Below are positions 1 to 11,114 of a DNA stretch of 64,000 nucleotides, piece by piece (positions within the stretch are counted from its first letter, which is position 1; each line of letters starts with the position of its first letter). The translations under genes and the position numbers were made by a program. Under the pieces are notes generated by a model that did no database searches, was not told the DNA's origin, and saw only the letters and a program-made list of their open reading frames with translations. Source of the DNA: Nemertoderma westbladi (lineage: Eukaryota; Animalia; Xenacoelomorpha); assembly GCA_032718475.1 (NCBI GenBank), contig JAUCBJ010001416.1, forward strand, positions 62,001 through 126,000. Direction: 5' to 3'.

Positions 1-211
1 TTTTGTATCTCCACTCTACTCTAAACTGACTCTAACTTCTCTAGTTCCACTCTAACTCCACTCTACTTTCGGACCTCTTTGTCCCTCACTCTGCCTCTTA
101 CTCCTCGCCCCCCACATTTGAATTGCACCCGTATTCTCTCCACACGCGTCAACACCACCTCTCACTATCTCCCCTGCGCTCCTGTACTCAACCCTTACTC
201 ACTTCCGAGTC

Positions 212-2810
212 CTACTTCGCTCCTCCCGTCTTTGGGAACCATCTCAGTTCCTTCCCTCTGTTGTCGTCCTGTCTCGGTTGCTTCCTGGTTGTCGCCGCTC
301 CCTTGCTCTTGTCCTCCTTAAGGTTCCTCATCCTTGCCGTTACTTCCCTACTGATTCCCGTGGTCGATTCCTTGGGTGCTGGTGTTATTAGATCCCGGTA
401 TCGCTTCGCAGGTTGCGCCTCCGAATGCCCCTGCTGCTTTCCCCTAGTAGCGTCCCATAAGATCACCTTCATGGCCCGCGGCACATGCTCCGCCAGGAAA
501 TCTCTGAACTCTCCCCGGTTCTCTGGCGCCCATCTATCTAAATACCTCTGTGTATTCATCACTCCAGCATACAATGCCACCGTTGCTACTTCTTGATAAG
601 GGAAGTCTCCGTTTAATGATTTCCAGGTGGGCCTCCTGGTTAATATTGAAGAAACCCCACCGGAATTCCTGGGCCTTCATTCGCTGCCGCGTCATGAAGC
701 TGACATCGGCCCACTCTTTGAAGATCTTAAACTTATCCTCGTCATCCATCCAGTCGCACTGGCGTCCATAGCGCCCCCGGAAGTTACACTTAGAACACCG
801 GTTGTGGAACCGTGGACACGCCCCCATCCTGTGGCTCGACTCGCGGCAGTAGAGGCAGCTCGTCCCCTTCTGGAATCGATACAAGCAGCTCTTTTCCTGG
901 TGAGTAAGCCTCCCGCAGTAATCGCAGCCGAGTATCAACGCGTCCCGCCCCAAGTCGTCCTTTGCCCCAAGCGATCTCCTCGCTCTATGGAGCCACTGAT
1001 AAGCAAACTTCTGGACGTTAACGTCTCTGTACATATCTATGTCCTCGTCTCGCCTCGGCATCGTCTCTCCGAACACTACCCGTGGTGCCGTTCCCGGTTG
1101 CTCGCCCAACCTGATGCTGCTCCCTGCGAAATCCATTGCCGGCTCCTCATGCACCCAGGCCCGCTAGCCGGGTTTATCCCAGAAGGCCCACGCCCCACTG
1201 GCCGTCACCACTCTCCCGCCAACCCAGTCCCAGTCTGAGTGGCCAATCCTCTCGATGGGCGGTATCTCCCCAAACTCGTCGTCATCCTCGTCCTCCGCTG
1301 GGAGTAGATCCAAACCCGGTATCCCGGTAGACCCACTGTGTCCCTTCCCACCTTGGCTCTCGCCCGTAACTTTCCATCCTTACATTTACCCTGGTCTTTT
1401 CTTCGCGAAATCGCCCTCAGCTCCCGCTGGCATGAGCGTCGCCTGTAATCCTGATGTTGACTGCTTCGGCAATCCCTCCGTCCACCTTAACTCTCGCCCC
1501 AGAGACTCGCCCAAGCTCCCTGATGCCCACTGCAAATCGTCCAAGGCCTGGGCCTCGAACCTGTAGCCCTCTCCTCTAGCTTCCCCTCTCTTTCGTCTGC
1601 CTCCCTCCTTTCTTGTCTGGCAATTTCTTCCAATTGCTTCTCCTCTAGTCTATCCACCTCCAGCTTCTCCCACCTCTGATATGGTGTGTCCACCTCCCTG
1701 TCTACTAGATATCAGCTGTTGTAGTATACCGACTCGCCCTTCAGCCCCGGGTGGTCTGCCAGACCCTCAAAGGCCACTTTGAAGGCTCTTCTGTAGTTCA
1801 GGGGTAATCCCGACAGCAGAAACGCTGTTGGCTCTCTTCCGATAACCACAGCCATGAATAGGTTTAGTAAACCTATCATTATCCAATCCTCCTGCAGGAT
1901 GTATTGCTTCTGATATATCTTTATCTCTCCTCTCCGGAATTGATACACCTCCTGTTTTCCCGGCCTCGCTCCCCACTTCAGTGAGTTCGCCAACTCCGCT
2001 CCGTACTCCTCCCTGAATTTACCCCAGTCCATCGGTTTGTGGCAGACGAGCCCCATTAGCTGGCCCATCGCCACTGCTCCGCAATGTCCTGTGTTCTCTA
2101 CTAGTCCCAACCCGGCAGGTCCTGTCATAGCCATGTAGACCGTTTGCATGTCCAGGAGGTTGGGTGTCTCTGGACTGGTGATCCTCTACGCATCATCGCG
2201 GATCGCCGATCCCACCTTCATCGTCGACTTTTCCCTTACTATGTTCTGCACCGCCGTCGGCAACCGGTTCAACTTCGGCCCGCTCCTCTTCCCATACGTT
2301 CCCAGATCAAATAGGAATATGTCCCCATTTGGCACAGCCAAATGCAGAAGTATGGTTCTGGCCGACCCTGCCGACCCTCTCCTCGAACCCTCTTCATCTT
2401 CCACAGTCCCTTCGTGTCCAGGACCATGTATCCCCCCTGCTGACGGACTCTACGAACCTCTTCCAGTCCTTTCTCGGTGGTTCCCTCGGATACTTTGGTA
2501 TCCCGAACTTCGCCTCGTCTCCCTTTACCACGTAGTGGAAAAGCTCGAGGATCGCGTTGTCTAGCGACGGCGTCCCGTAGGTCCCGACCAGCTGCCTCTC
2601 GTGCACCTCCCTGAAATGGTCCTGCAGCGCTCGCGCCTTGTGACCCTTTTCTAACCGCTCGTAGTATCCCCTCATCTTCTCCTCCGGATGCCTCTCAGTG
2701 AAATCTACTAGTATCTCCTTTCCACCCATTTCCGCCTTTCTCTTTCTGACAAGTCTCTCCGCCATTTCGAACGCTCCCCATCGCTCACCTACAAGGTGGT
2801 GCCTTGCCAA
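212..2810 (-). pseudogene. Decayed accessory ORF of a BEL/Pao-type element: DEDDy (RNase D/WRN-like) 3'-5' exonuclease followed by three CCHC zinc knuckles
   Basis: ORF pieces 2394-2810, 2186-2404, 1712-2149, 1487-1693, 534-1154 and 212-580 join across in-frame stops (TAG at 2186, TGA at 1712) and frameshifts. Exonuclease-like motifs occur in order: MVLDTKG (2427-2407, ExoI-like), ILLHLAVPNGDIFLFDL, LPTAVQNIVREKSTMKVGSAIRDD (ExoII-like), LLDMQTVY, QKQYILQED (ExoIII-like). Knuckles: CDYCGRLTHQEKSC, CLYCRESSHRMGAC, CSKCNFRGRYGRQC. Confidence 0.6.
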
Positions 2811-3263
2811 GGCTCAATATAGGTGAGTGATGTTGTTAGGATGGTCTGTGTGGTCCGACAATGGCCTATTTCTCTCAGAACGCTAGGTTTCCTTGCTGTA
2901 TTTTGCCTATTTACCCCCTAAAGTACTAAATTTCCCTAAATTCCCTAAATCTGTCAGTTACTTTTATTATGTTCTGGAATTTTCTGCCTACTGTTGCTAT
3001 AATTTGTTGAATTTTAATTTAATTAACTAACTTTTAATTTTAACTTATAATTTTAATTTAATTATCTAACTCTTCCATCTTCGCCCCCCCTCAGTCCAAT
3101 TTATTGGACCTAAGGGTGATTCTTCCAGCAGGCAACTCTCCCTCTGCCCCCTGTAGGTCCTCTAATTCTTCACCCCACTCTCCTTGTCAATTCCAACTCT
3201 CTTGTAATTGACCTTCCCTTCTCTCCTGTCCTTAAATCTGGGAAGTGTTGCCTATTCTCTGTA

Positions 3264-3518
3264 TTACTGATCTCCTTGTGGTCGTCTCTTGGCGGAAAAG
3301 TGCCACCCTTCAACTTGTCGTTTGGCGGTGTAATGCTCCCCCTCTGCTGGCCTCCCCCTTAATATGTGCGCTGGCATTAAAGCCCTCGATGACCCCCGGT
3401 CGTCCTTCGGTATACATGATGTCTCACCATTTAATGCCCCCTCGCACTCTGCCAGCCCCGTGTGCGTGTGCAACGCGCCTCCTTCTACTTTCCTGGCGCC
3501 TTTGTTACGTTTAATCAT
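3264..3518 (-). pseudogene. Remnant of the C-terminal end of a BEL/Pao integrase core
   Basis: LAECEGALNG...DDRGSSRALMPAHILRGRP resembles the BEL integrase signature LxEIExxLNSRPL...D...LTPxHFLxGRP. It lies upstream of, and on the same strand as, the exonuclease/CCHC pseudogene. Confidence 0.55.
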
Positions 3519-3973
3519 GGGCTTCTCTGCCCCTGGTCTAATCTTCTCACATCCTCTCCCTTTCCACCTTGTCTTCTTACTCGACCTCCCCCTTTTCGGT
3601 ATCCCTCTCCATCAGACCGGCGTCTCCTCCGGACACTCCTCCGGGCACTCCTCCGGACATCTTGCCGTCCACTCTTCTCCACCTTCATACCGATACTTGC
3701 CAGGAACATCCTTGTTCCATCCCATCGCCTAAGGGAACGTTCTTGTAACTACGGGCAACAACGAGTTAGGCCAAGTAGTCTAACCTACAATCTAGAGTAA
3801 CGGCATATAGAAGGTTACGATTGAGTAACGTAATTATTTATTTGCCATTTAATATAGCATTAGTATTAGACTACAAGTGCACTGTAGCAACAAACCTACT
3901 TATGTTAATTGTACATTGTATATTCAGGACGCAGATACAGCAATTTAAATTAACGACAAATTATTTGACTTAA

Positions 3974-5127
3974 CCCTATTAGTACCGGGCTATAAAATGT
4001 TGTACAAATACCGGGGGGGGGGGGGGGGGGGTCATATTGACCTCCCCTCTAAAATCTACAAATATTTACGAAAACGTCTGATTTTTTGTTTGTACGTAGA
4101 TATCACTTATCTAGATCCGACCGAAAAAAAATTTTTCGGAAAAATGTACTGGGGTGGTTATATTGCAGCACCAAAATTACAAGTAGTGCACAATTTTCAC
4201 AAAATTTGAAAGTTACATTTTCGGCTAATTATTTTTCAAAACAGGTTTTCTGGGGTGGAAAATACATCGGAAAATATTTAAAAATGATATGATTACTATA
4301 AATGGCTGTTTAGTCCTCTCTGCGTAGGAAAAAAAATACAAGTTTGAGAACTCTTATGAAATTTTTACTGATTCCATTGAATTCAGAACCATCACAAACC
4401 CGTATAGCGCAAGAAACAAGGTGACACAATCAATTGATATTATTATCCGAAAAATACAAGTTTGAGATGTCTAGTTCGATAATTATATATTCCATTGAAT
4501 TCAGAACAGCCATAAATCTCTAAAATGCAAGAAATAAATTGTCACAAGCAATTTTATCTATTGAATGGATTTTCAAAATTTCGTGCTAGCACCAAAATTT
4601 GCACACAGTCTCACCGAAAAATACAAGTTTTATACGCTTGGTGCAACTCGTATATATTTCATCCATCGAATCCAGAACCCCAAAAAACCCCAATTGCGTA
4701 AAAAACAAGTTTCAAACAATCAATTTACAAAATTGACATATTTCAAAATTTGGTGCTGGCACCAAAATTTGGCACCCACCGAAAAAAACAAGTTTGAAAT
4801 TTCTAAATCAATTTATATGAATTCCATCCAATTTCTAACACGATAAAACCGGTGTAAATCAAAAATAGAGATGTTACAATTCATATTTAATGAAATGTAA
4901 TTTTCAAAAAACGTCTCAAAAAAAGTGCCAAAAGTAGGGTTAAAAAATGGTGCTATAACTCGAAAAGTATCCCATATTTTTGAAAACGGTTTTCACTACT
5001 AGGAACACAATAGATTTTTAGGAAAAGACATAAAATTTCAGATTCCCAACTGCGTTTGTTTCAGAATTATAATAAAAAAACCACGGGAGGGGGTCATATT
5101 GACCCCCCCCCCCCGGGTTTAATAGGG
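3974..5127. mobile_element. Non-autonomous piggyBac-type element (MITE)
   Basis: TTAA at 3970-3973 and 5128-5131. Imperfect terminal inverted repeats (TIRs) CCCTATTAGTACCGGG / CCCGGGTTTAATAGGG. Subterminal palindrome GGGGTCATATTGACC(T/C)C at both ends. No coding capacity. Confidence 0.8.
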
Positions 5128-6291
5128 TTAAACTTAAATAATTCAAAATAAATGACTAATTACTAACGACAATACTCAATCGTGGAAGCGGATTTGTGTG
5201 ACGTTACCAGCATAGAAATATGCGAAAAATTTTCAAATATTTTGTATTTAATACAAATTAATAATAATAACCAAAATTAAAACATCCCAAATTAAATATC
5301 GCTATAAATGATCAAATAACTATTACAGTAGTTACTAGTGTGAAAGTTCTAGTGTGAGAGCTGAGCGTTCTAATTTCTACATTTACCAACATGTCACCGA
5401 ACAATTTGGATTAATTAAAACCGAAACAACGAGTTTCTCTGAAAACACAAATGATGTCCGTATAACTGTGAATGCAACCTTTAGTACAGTTTGCATTACA
5501 GAACAACCTGTTATCATGAATACATAAAATAGTGACATTCTGGTAAATACTAAATATGTCTTTTGAACCGTATTTTGACTTCAAATTAAATTAATATACG
5601 CAAACGACTTTTAAATTAAGCTAAATTGTGTGAATAATAAATATATCGTATGAGTTCGTGTGAAGCGTATACAATTGTCCAACCTTTCATTGATGCGAGG
5701 ATTGTAGCAGACACATCTGGCTACGGACCAGTCCCCCGTCTCCCTGGCTTGATGAGAGTTTAGCATATAGCCATGATACTTCAGTACCGCTGGTAGTTGC
5801 GAACTCGAGTCTCACGGCTAAGGGATCGATCGGGGACTGTGTTGCGGCGTGTGGCTGTCTGGTTGGGGTGGTGATGTCCGCCTACCCCCGTTGCAGTCAT
5901 ATCTTCAAACTCGCACCTCGATATGTTGAAACACCCTCTTCCAATAAACGAGGTTCTCGGGACAGCATGCAGAGATGATGGATACGATGACGGCTGATCT
6001 CACCGGTGAATCTATCGAAATCACTCTCAGAGTATGTCGCCCCGTATGGACGTGTGGACGAAGAGCGGACGTAGCGTGGATGATTGAACGATGAACGCGA
6101 ATCAGCTTCTTTGGTCCAACCCGCGGTCCAGACTTTATTGGTAGGGTTCCAGAGTAAAGCACGTATTCACGCGTCTGGGTCTGTAAAGCGTTTTCGGTGT
6201 CGCTTACAGTCAAACCCGACCAATACCTCTCGACACCGACATCTCTAACCCCAATTTAGATGTGAATGCTCCGATGTTGTAAATTCACGTC

Positions 6292-6915
6292 GTAGAGCCT
6301 ATATGCGACAATATTTATGAATGGATTATCGCTCCTCTTGGTCGAGCTGATCAAACGAAGATTTTAATTCGGGATAATTACCTCGAAAGACGTCCTCTCC
6401 ATCCCCCGTGCTATGGGACTCAGGACCACCCGGATTTCGTCTTGCTCGGTCAACATTGTGTAACGAAACCCGAGCATCCCGCCTGCAGCGTGGATTTCCT
6501 AACCCCGGTTAATCCCCTCGACGACACCGAAGTCGAGCCCCGGCAGAAATATCTTGACCATTTAACAAAGTCAAATATCTTTTGACTCGACCCAAAGGGA
6601 CGACGAAATATCCCTTCTGAAATATATCAGATTGTGGGAATACTCCACGAATTTACAGCGGATTGCGTGATCACGTTAGCCTATGTAAAGTTATTGTGCT
6701 ATTCTGTTCCCACATCACTCGTGGTTAGCGAACCTTAACCGGGAACATCTACTGGTGCATCGACCGTACGAACTGTCGCACCCCCTTCTGACTCATTGGA
6801 ACTTCATCCTTCCGCCTTCATCCGTGCAAGGTTCTCCTCCTCCGGTACCTGGTAATGGCTCCTGGCCACCGAAACGTCGCAAGCGAGCCCCCAGAAAGAA
6901 AAAGAACCCGAAAAT
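6292..6915 (+). pseudogene. Decayed C-terminal part of a BEL accessory ORF
   Basis: One frame from ~6292 to 6813 with two stops ends in EP*PGTSTGASTVRTVAPPSDSLELHPS. After a frameshift it continues PPKRRKRAPRKKK. This matches NQPGTSTGGYTDHNPTPSDAIILHPS...KLRKRRPRKKD at the end of ORF 49844-53857. Confidence 0.5.
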
Positions 6916-7029
6916 AAACGTTATTTTTTCCGGTTACTTTTTATTATGGCTATTCTACTTTATACGACTTATATTCCTACTTTATATTATGCGTAAAATA
7001 AGTGGTATCCCCAATAATTCTTTTAGCTT

Positions 7030-7262
7030 ATTTGTTCACGAGCTGAGACATTTTATATGTATTAGATATATTCTTTAGAACTACAGTTTGCTTATTTAGA
7101 AGTAATTGGTACCTAATAATTCATTAAATTTGATTTGTTCACGAGCTGAAACCTTTTATATATGTTTTAGGCATACTTGGCGCTATAATTTGCTTATTTA
7201 GAGGTGATAGATATTCACTAATCTACTCGATTTAATTTGTTCACGAGTTGAGATGTTTTTTA
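7030..7262 (+). repeat. Diverged ~102-bp tandem repeat (about 2.3 units), probably in the 3' UTR/LTR of the BEL remnant
   Basis: TTGTTCACGAG(C/T)TGA recurs at ~7032, 7135 and 7237; TTTGCTTATTTAGA occurs twice. Confidence 0.5.
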
Positions 7263-8543
7263 TATGATGGGCTACGTACGCCGTGTATAATTCTAGTTTG
7301 ATATTGATAACTGAATTATTTACTTATTAGATTATTTTTTATGTACGAATTTGAACTTCTGCCTTGACTTTAACACCCTGGTAGCTAAATGAATGGAAGC
7401 GGTGTTGCTGCACTTATAAATCGTGCGTTTAAAATTAATTATTTTACCAATTTACCCGAAATACTGTATATTTATTGATAAAGGACCAGTTACGGTATCA
7501 TATTGATTATTTCTTACAGATTATTCTTTAGTAAAGGTTCTTACGCCATCTAGTGCTATCATACCTATATTCGATCTAATTTGTACTCTAAAGGTCTACT
7601 AAGCCTCAAATGTAATACGTGATGCCTTATTGGCTATGCTCCTTACTGATAGGCTGGTATATAAGTGCGGTTGTTCTGTGATTAATTTACTCTTTTTGTT
7701 ATTGTTTGACAGAAGAAGTCGCACTGCCCATGCAGAGGCACTGATCCCCGGTCAAGTTTAATTGACTGGTGGTTATTACAGGCATACGGTCTAAAATTAA
7801 AGAGTTAATAATTGAATTATAATTATTATTGTTGGATATTCTACTGGTAAATTCAATTGTATATTATATCGCCGATATTACGTAATCAAGGAGGTTTTAC
7901 ACGCGAGACAACAGGTGGGTTGCTGTAACTAAGTATCAGTGATAATCTGGACAATTGTATCAGATATGTATATTGTCATACCTCTGACTTACTAAATAAT
8001 TAATATATGGCGATATTTCAGACCATTAATATAAGCAAAGCTCTTATTATTAATTACATCACCATTGAGAGTTGTCACAAATTGAATTCTGTAGTAATAT
8101 CAATATAATTAGATCAAAGACTTGTACGTTTCCCCTACACAACACATACAATACGTTTCCCCTAAAGGGAAACACAATCACCAGACTTGAGTCCTTACAT
8201 AATTAATTAGTCAGTCATTTGCTTGTTATACAGTTTTGTCACACCCTCCCGGTATAGTATCTCAGTCAAATACAATAGATAATCAAATACCGTATTGAAC
8301 TAAGTGAAATATAGAGCAAATCAATGCATCGAAGGGAAAAAGGGTAAATAAACAGATACAGTGAGCGGCCCTTGTTGACAGGTAGACTAGCGCAATCCCG
8401 TTTATTGTATCAGACCGGACATCTTGCCTTCATTTTTACATGGTTTATTAAGTAACAGAAAAGAGTCAAAATATATAGAAATTGAGAGTGAAAGAACATA
8501 ATTTACTAAAAGCACTAACAATACTATATACTATATACTACTA

Positions 8544-9182
8544 TAATTATATATTCCATTGAATTCAGAACAGCCATAAACCTCTAAAACGCAAGAAATA
8601 AATTGTCACAAGCAATTTTATCTATTGAAAGGATTTTCAAAATTTCGTGCTAGCACCAAAATTTGCACACAGCACCGAAAAATACAAGTTTGATACGCTT
8701 GGTGCAACATATATTTCATCGAAACCAGAACCCCAAAAAACGCCAATTGCGTAAAAAACAAGTTTCTAACAATCAATTTACAAAATTGACATATTTCAAA
8801 ATTTGGTGCTGGCACCAAAATTTGGCACCCGCCGAAAAAAACAAGTTTGAAATTTCTAATGAATTCCATCCAATTGCTAACACCAAAAAACCGGGGTAAA
8901 TCAAAAATAGAGATGTTACAATTCATATTTAATGAAATGTAATTTTAAAAAAACGTCTCAAAAAAGTGCCAAAAGTAGGGTTAAAAAATGGTGCTATAAC
9001 TCGAAAACTACCCAATATTTTTGAAAACGGTTTTCGCTACTAGGAAGACAATAAATAGATTTTTAGGAAAAGTCATAAAATTTCAGATTCCCAACTGCGT
9101 TTGTTTCATTTCAGAATTATAATAAAAAAACCACGGGGGGGGGGGGTCATATTGACCCCCCCCCCCCCCGTGTTTAATAGGG
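8544..9182. mobile_element. Left-truncated second copy of the piggyBac-type MITE
   Basis: Near-identical to ~4478-5127, including the right end TTTAATAGGG followed by TTAA (9183-9186). Confidence 0.8.
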
Positions 9183-10951
9183 TTAAACAATAGGGAGATA
9201 GTGTCCCTTGTTTTGGCGCTTTGGTCATACTAAATGCCGCATCATTTTAATTAAATATAAAAAATTAAGTTGCTATGTAACTGAACTAAAACCAAACTCT
9301 GGAATTCATACTTAATGTTTTGGTTATATCTAATTGTATTTACATTAATGTATGTATACATTATTACAGTAATCAGTCAATACTGTTTATGAAGGTAGCG
9401 GGTACATGGAGAACAAATTAAATGCCTGAATGGTTCTTCCCCAAGTCCAATAGCTAAATATGTTAAATTAAAAGAGAAGGTAACATTATTTTATATAATA
9501 CTGTAACATATCGTACCGGACGTGGTTTGGTTTAGTTTTGGCTTAGGTTTCTATTTGGGTCAGTTTGGTTAGGGTTGGTTTGTGGGGCGAGCGACGAAAG
9601 TAAGCGAGCTTAGCATACCACTAACTCAATCGGTGTGTCTATTGTTTTGTTGATCTGTTGTTCTGTCGTGTCCAATTTTAAACGTTAATAACTTAGCCAA
9701 ATGTTAATGAAATTTAACCAAACTTCGTACACATGTAGTCTGGCCTAAGTTTATTAATTTTCCAAGTTGAATTTACGTGTGGCCTTCGAGAAGCTAAGAT
9801 AATAGCAGTTAATTAGTTAATTAGTTTGCTTAGGGTAAAAACAGCGATTTCAACCTGCCTCTTAAAGGATTTGAATTATTTTCTAGTATAAGATTTAAAT
9901 AATTATACTTCAAAATTATATAACTGTATTCCCCATACCCCATTCCATTATAGTTTTTAATTAGTTCAAGAGATTTGCTTTAAGAAATGTGTTTTTAATT
10001 GGTCTAAACGTAACTAAGTTAAAATGCATTCCATCACTCTATACTTCCAGTCTCATCATCATTCCTTGGCATTCTTCATATTGCATATTAGATGGGGAAA
10101 CATTCCAATCATCCTCCCACTGAGCTTGCTCTATCTTGCACAATGATTGGCTTAATTTAATGGTGATTCTTTAGATATTAGCTAAATGATTTCGTTGAGG
10201 CATTAACATTATAAATTAATATTTCACTATCAATACTATCGGCATAAGGTAAGTTTTAATAATTTTACAAATTGGGTTGCCTCCGCACATAAAAATATAT
10301 TTCTCTTAAAACACTAATTTCCTGTTAATACCTCTGCTTTTCATTAATCCTTTTGCTCCTTTGCGGTTGGGGTGGTGCAGATTAAGAGGGCGGTTGAAGC
10401 AAGGGGGGGGGGGGGGGGGATCTTTCCTCTCTTCTTTGATTTATTCTTATTGGCGTTTTGGTTAAATTTTCTTAATTATATATTTAAATTAGTTCCGTAT
10501 GCTAGAGTTCCGTATGTGCCAACATTTTCAGTTTGCTCTAAAATGTGTTTAGTTTACTAGCTACTGCTTTTTAATGTTAGTGTGAAGTATTCTAGGATAT
10601 TTCGAATTATTTTTTGTTAAATAATGTTCTAGAACATATAATTTTTTGTTCTATAACATTTTTAAAAAATTGTATTTTTTTGTTTTTTTAACACTTTTTT
10701 GTATAATTAACATATATCTAGTAATTTTATGTACTCAAGTAATAATTTACAATTATAGCTAGTAATTTATATTTATAGCTATAGCCTATAGTCTATAGCC
10801 TATAGTCTATAGTTATATCTATAGCTAGCCCTAGCTAACATTTTAAAAAATGTTCTGGAATGCTATCGTTATGGTTAGTTGTTTTGTATTCCAATTTTTT
10901 TTAATTGAAACAATCAATTTAATAATTCATTTTAAAAGAACAAATATTCTG

Positions 10952-11087
10952 TGTAGTAAAGTAATAATATATCAGCATATCTGGCGTAATACTGCAGTTA
11001 GTGGTGAGTCCTATATATCAGTAGTCCCATGGCCTATGTATATGGGGCGAGCCATATAATATAGTCTGAAGTCCTGATGTCACTACA
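10952..11087 (-). repeat. Gypsy 3' LTR (136 bp; 113 bp shorter than the 5' LTR)
   Basis: Identical to 15767-16015 apart from one internal deletion and one substitution. Confidence 0.9.
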
Positions 11088-11114
11088 CCCCCCTTCGAGC
11101 TCGTGTGTAGCGAG

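Noticed and set aside
212-2810. Host EXD/MUT-7/WRN-exonuclease gene or retrocopy
   Set aside because: It sits directly downstream of a BEL integrase remnant and shares its CCHC module with the LTR-bounded BEL at 48492-61311, so a transposon origin is preferred.
4565-4846. Similar short ORFs here and at 8663-8899
   Set aside because: Chance ORFs in two copies of a non-coding MITE.
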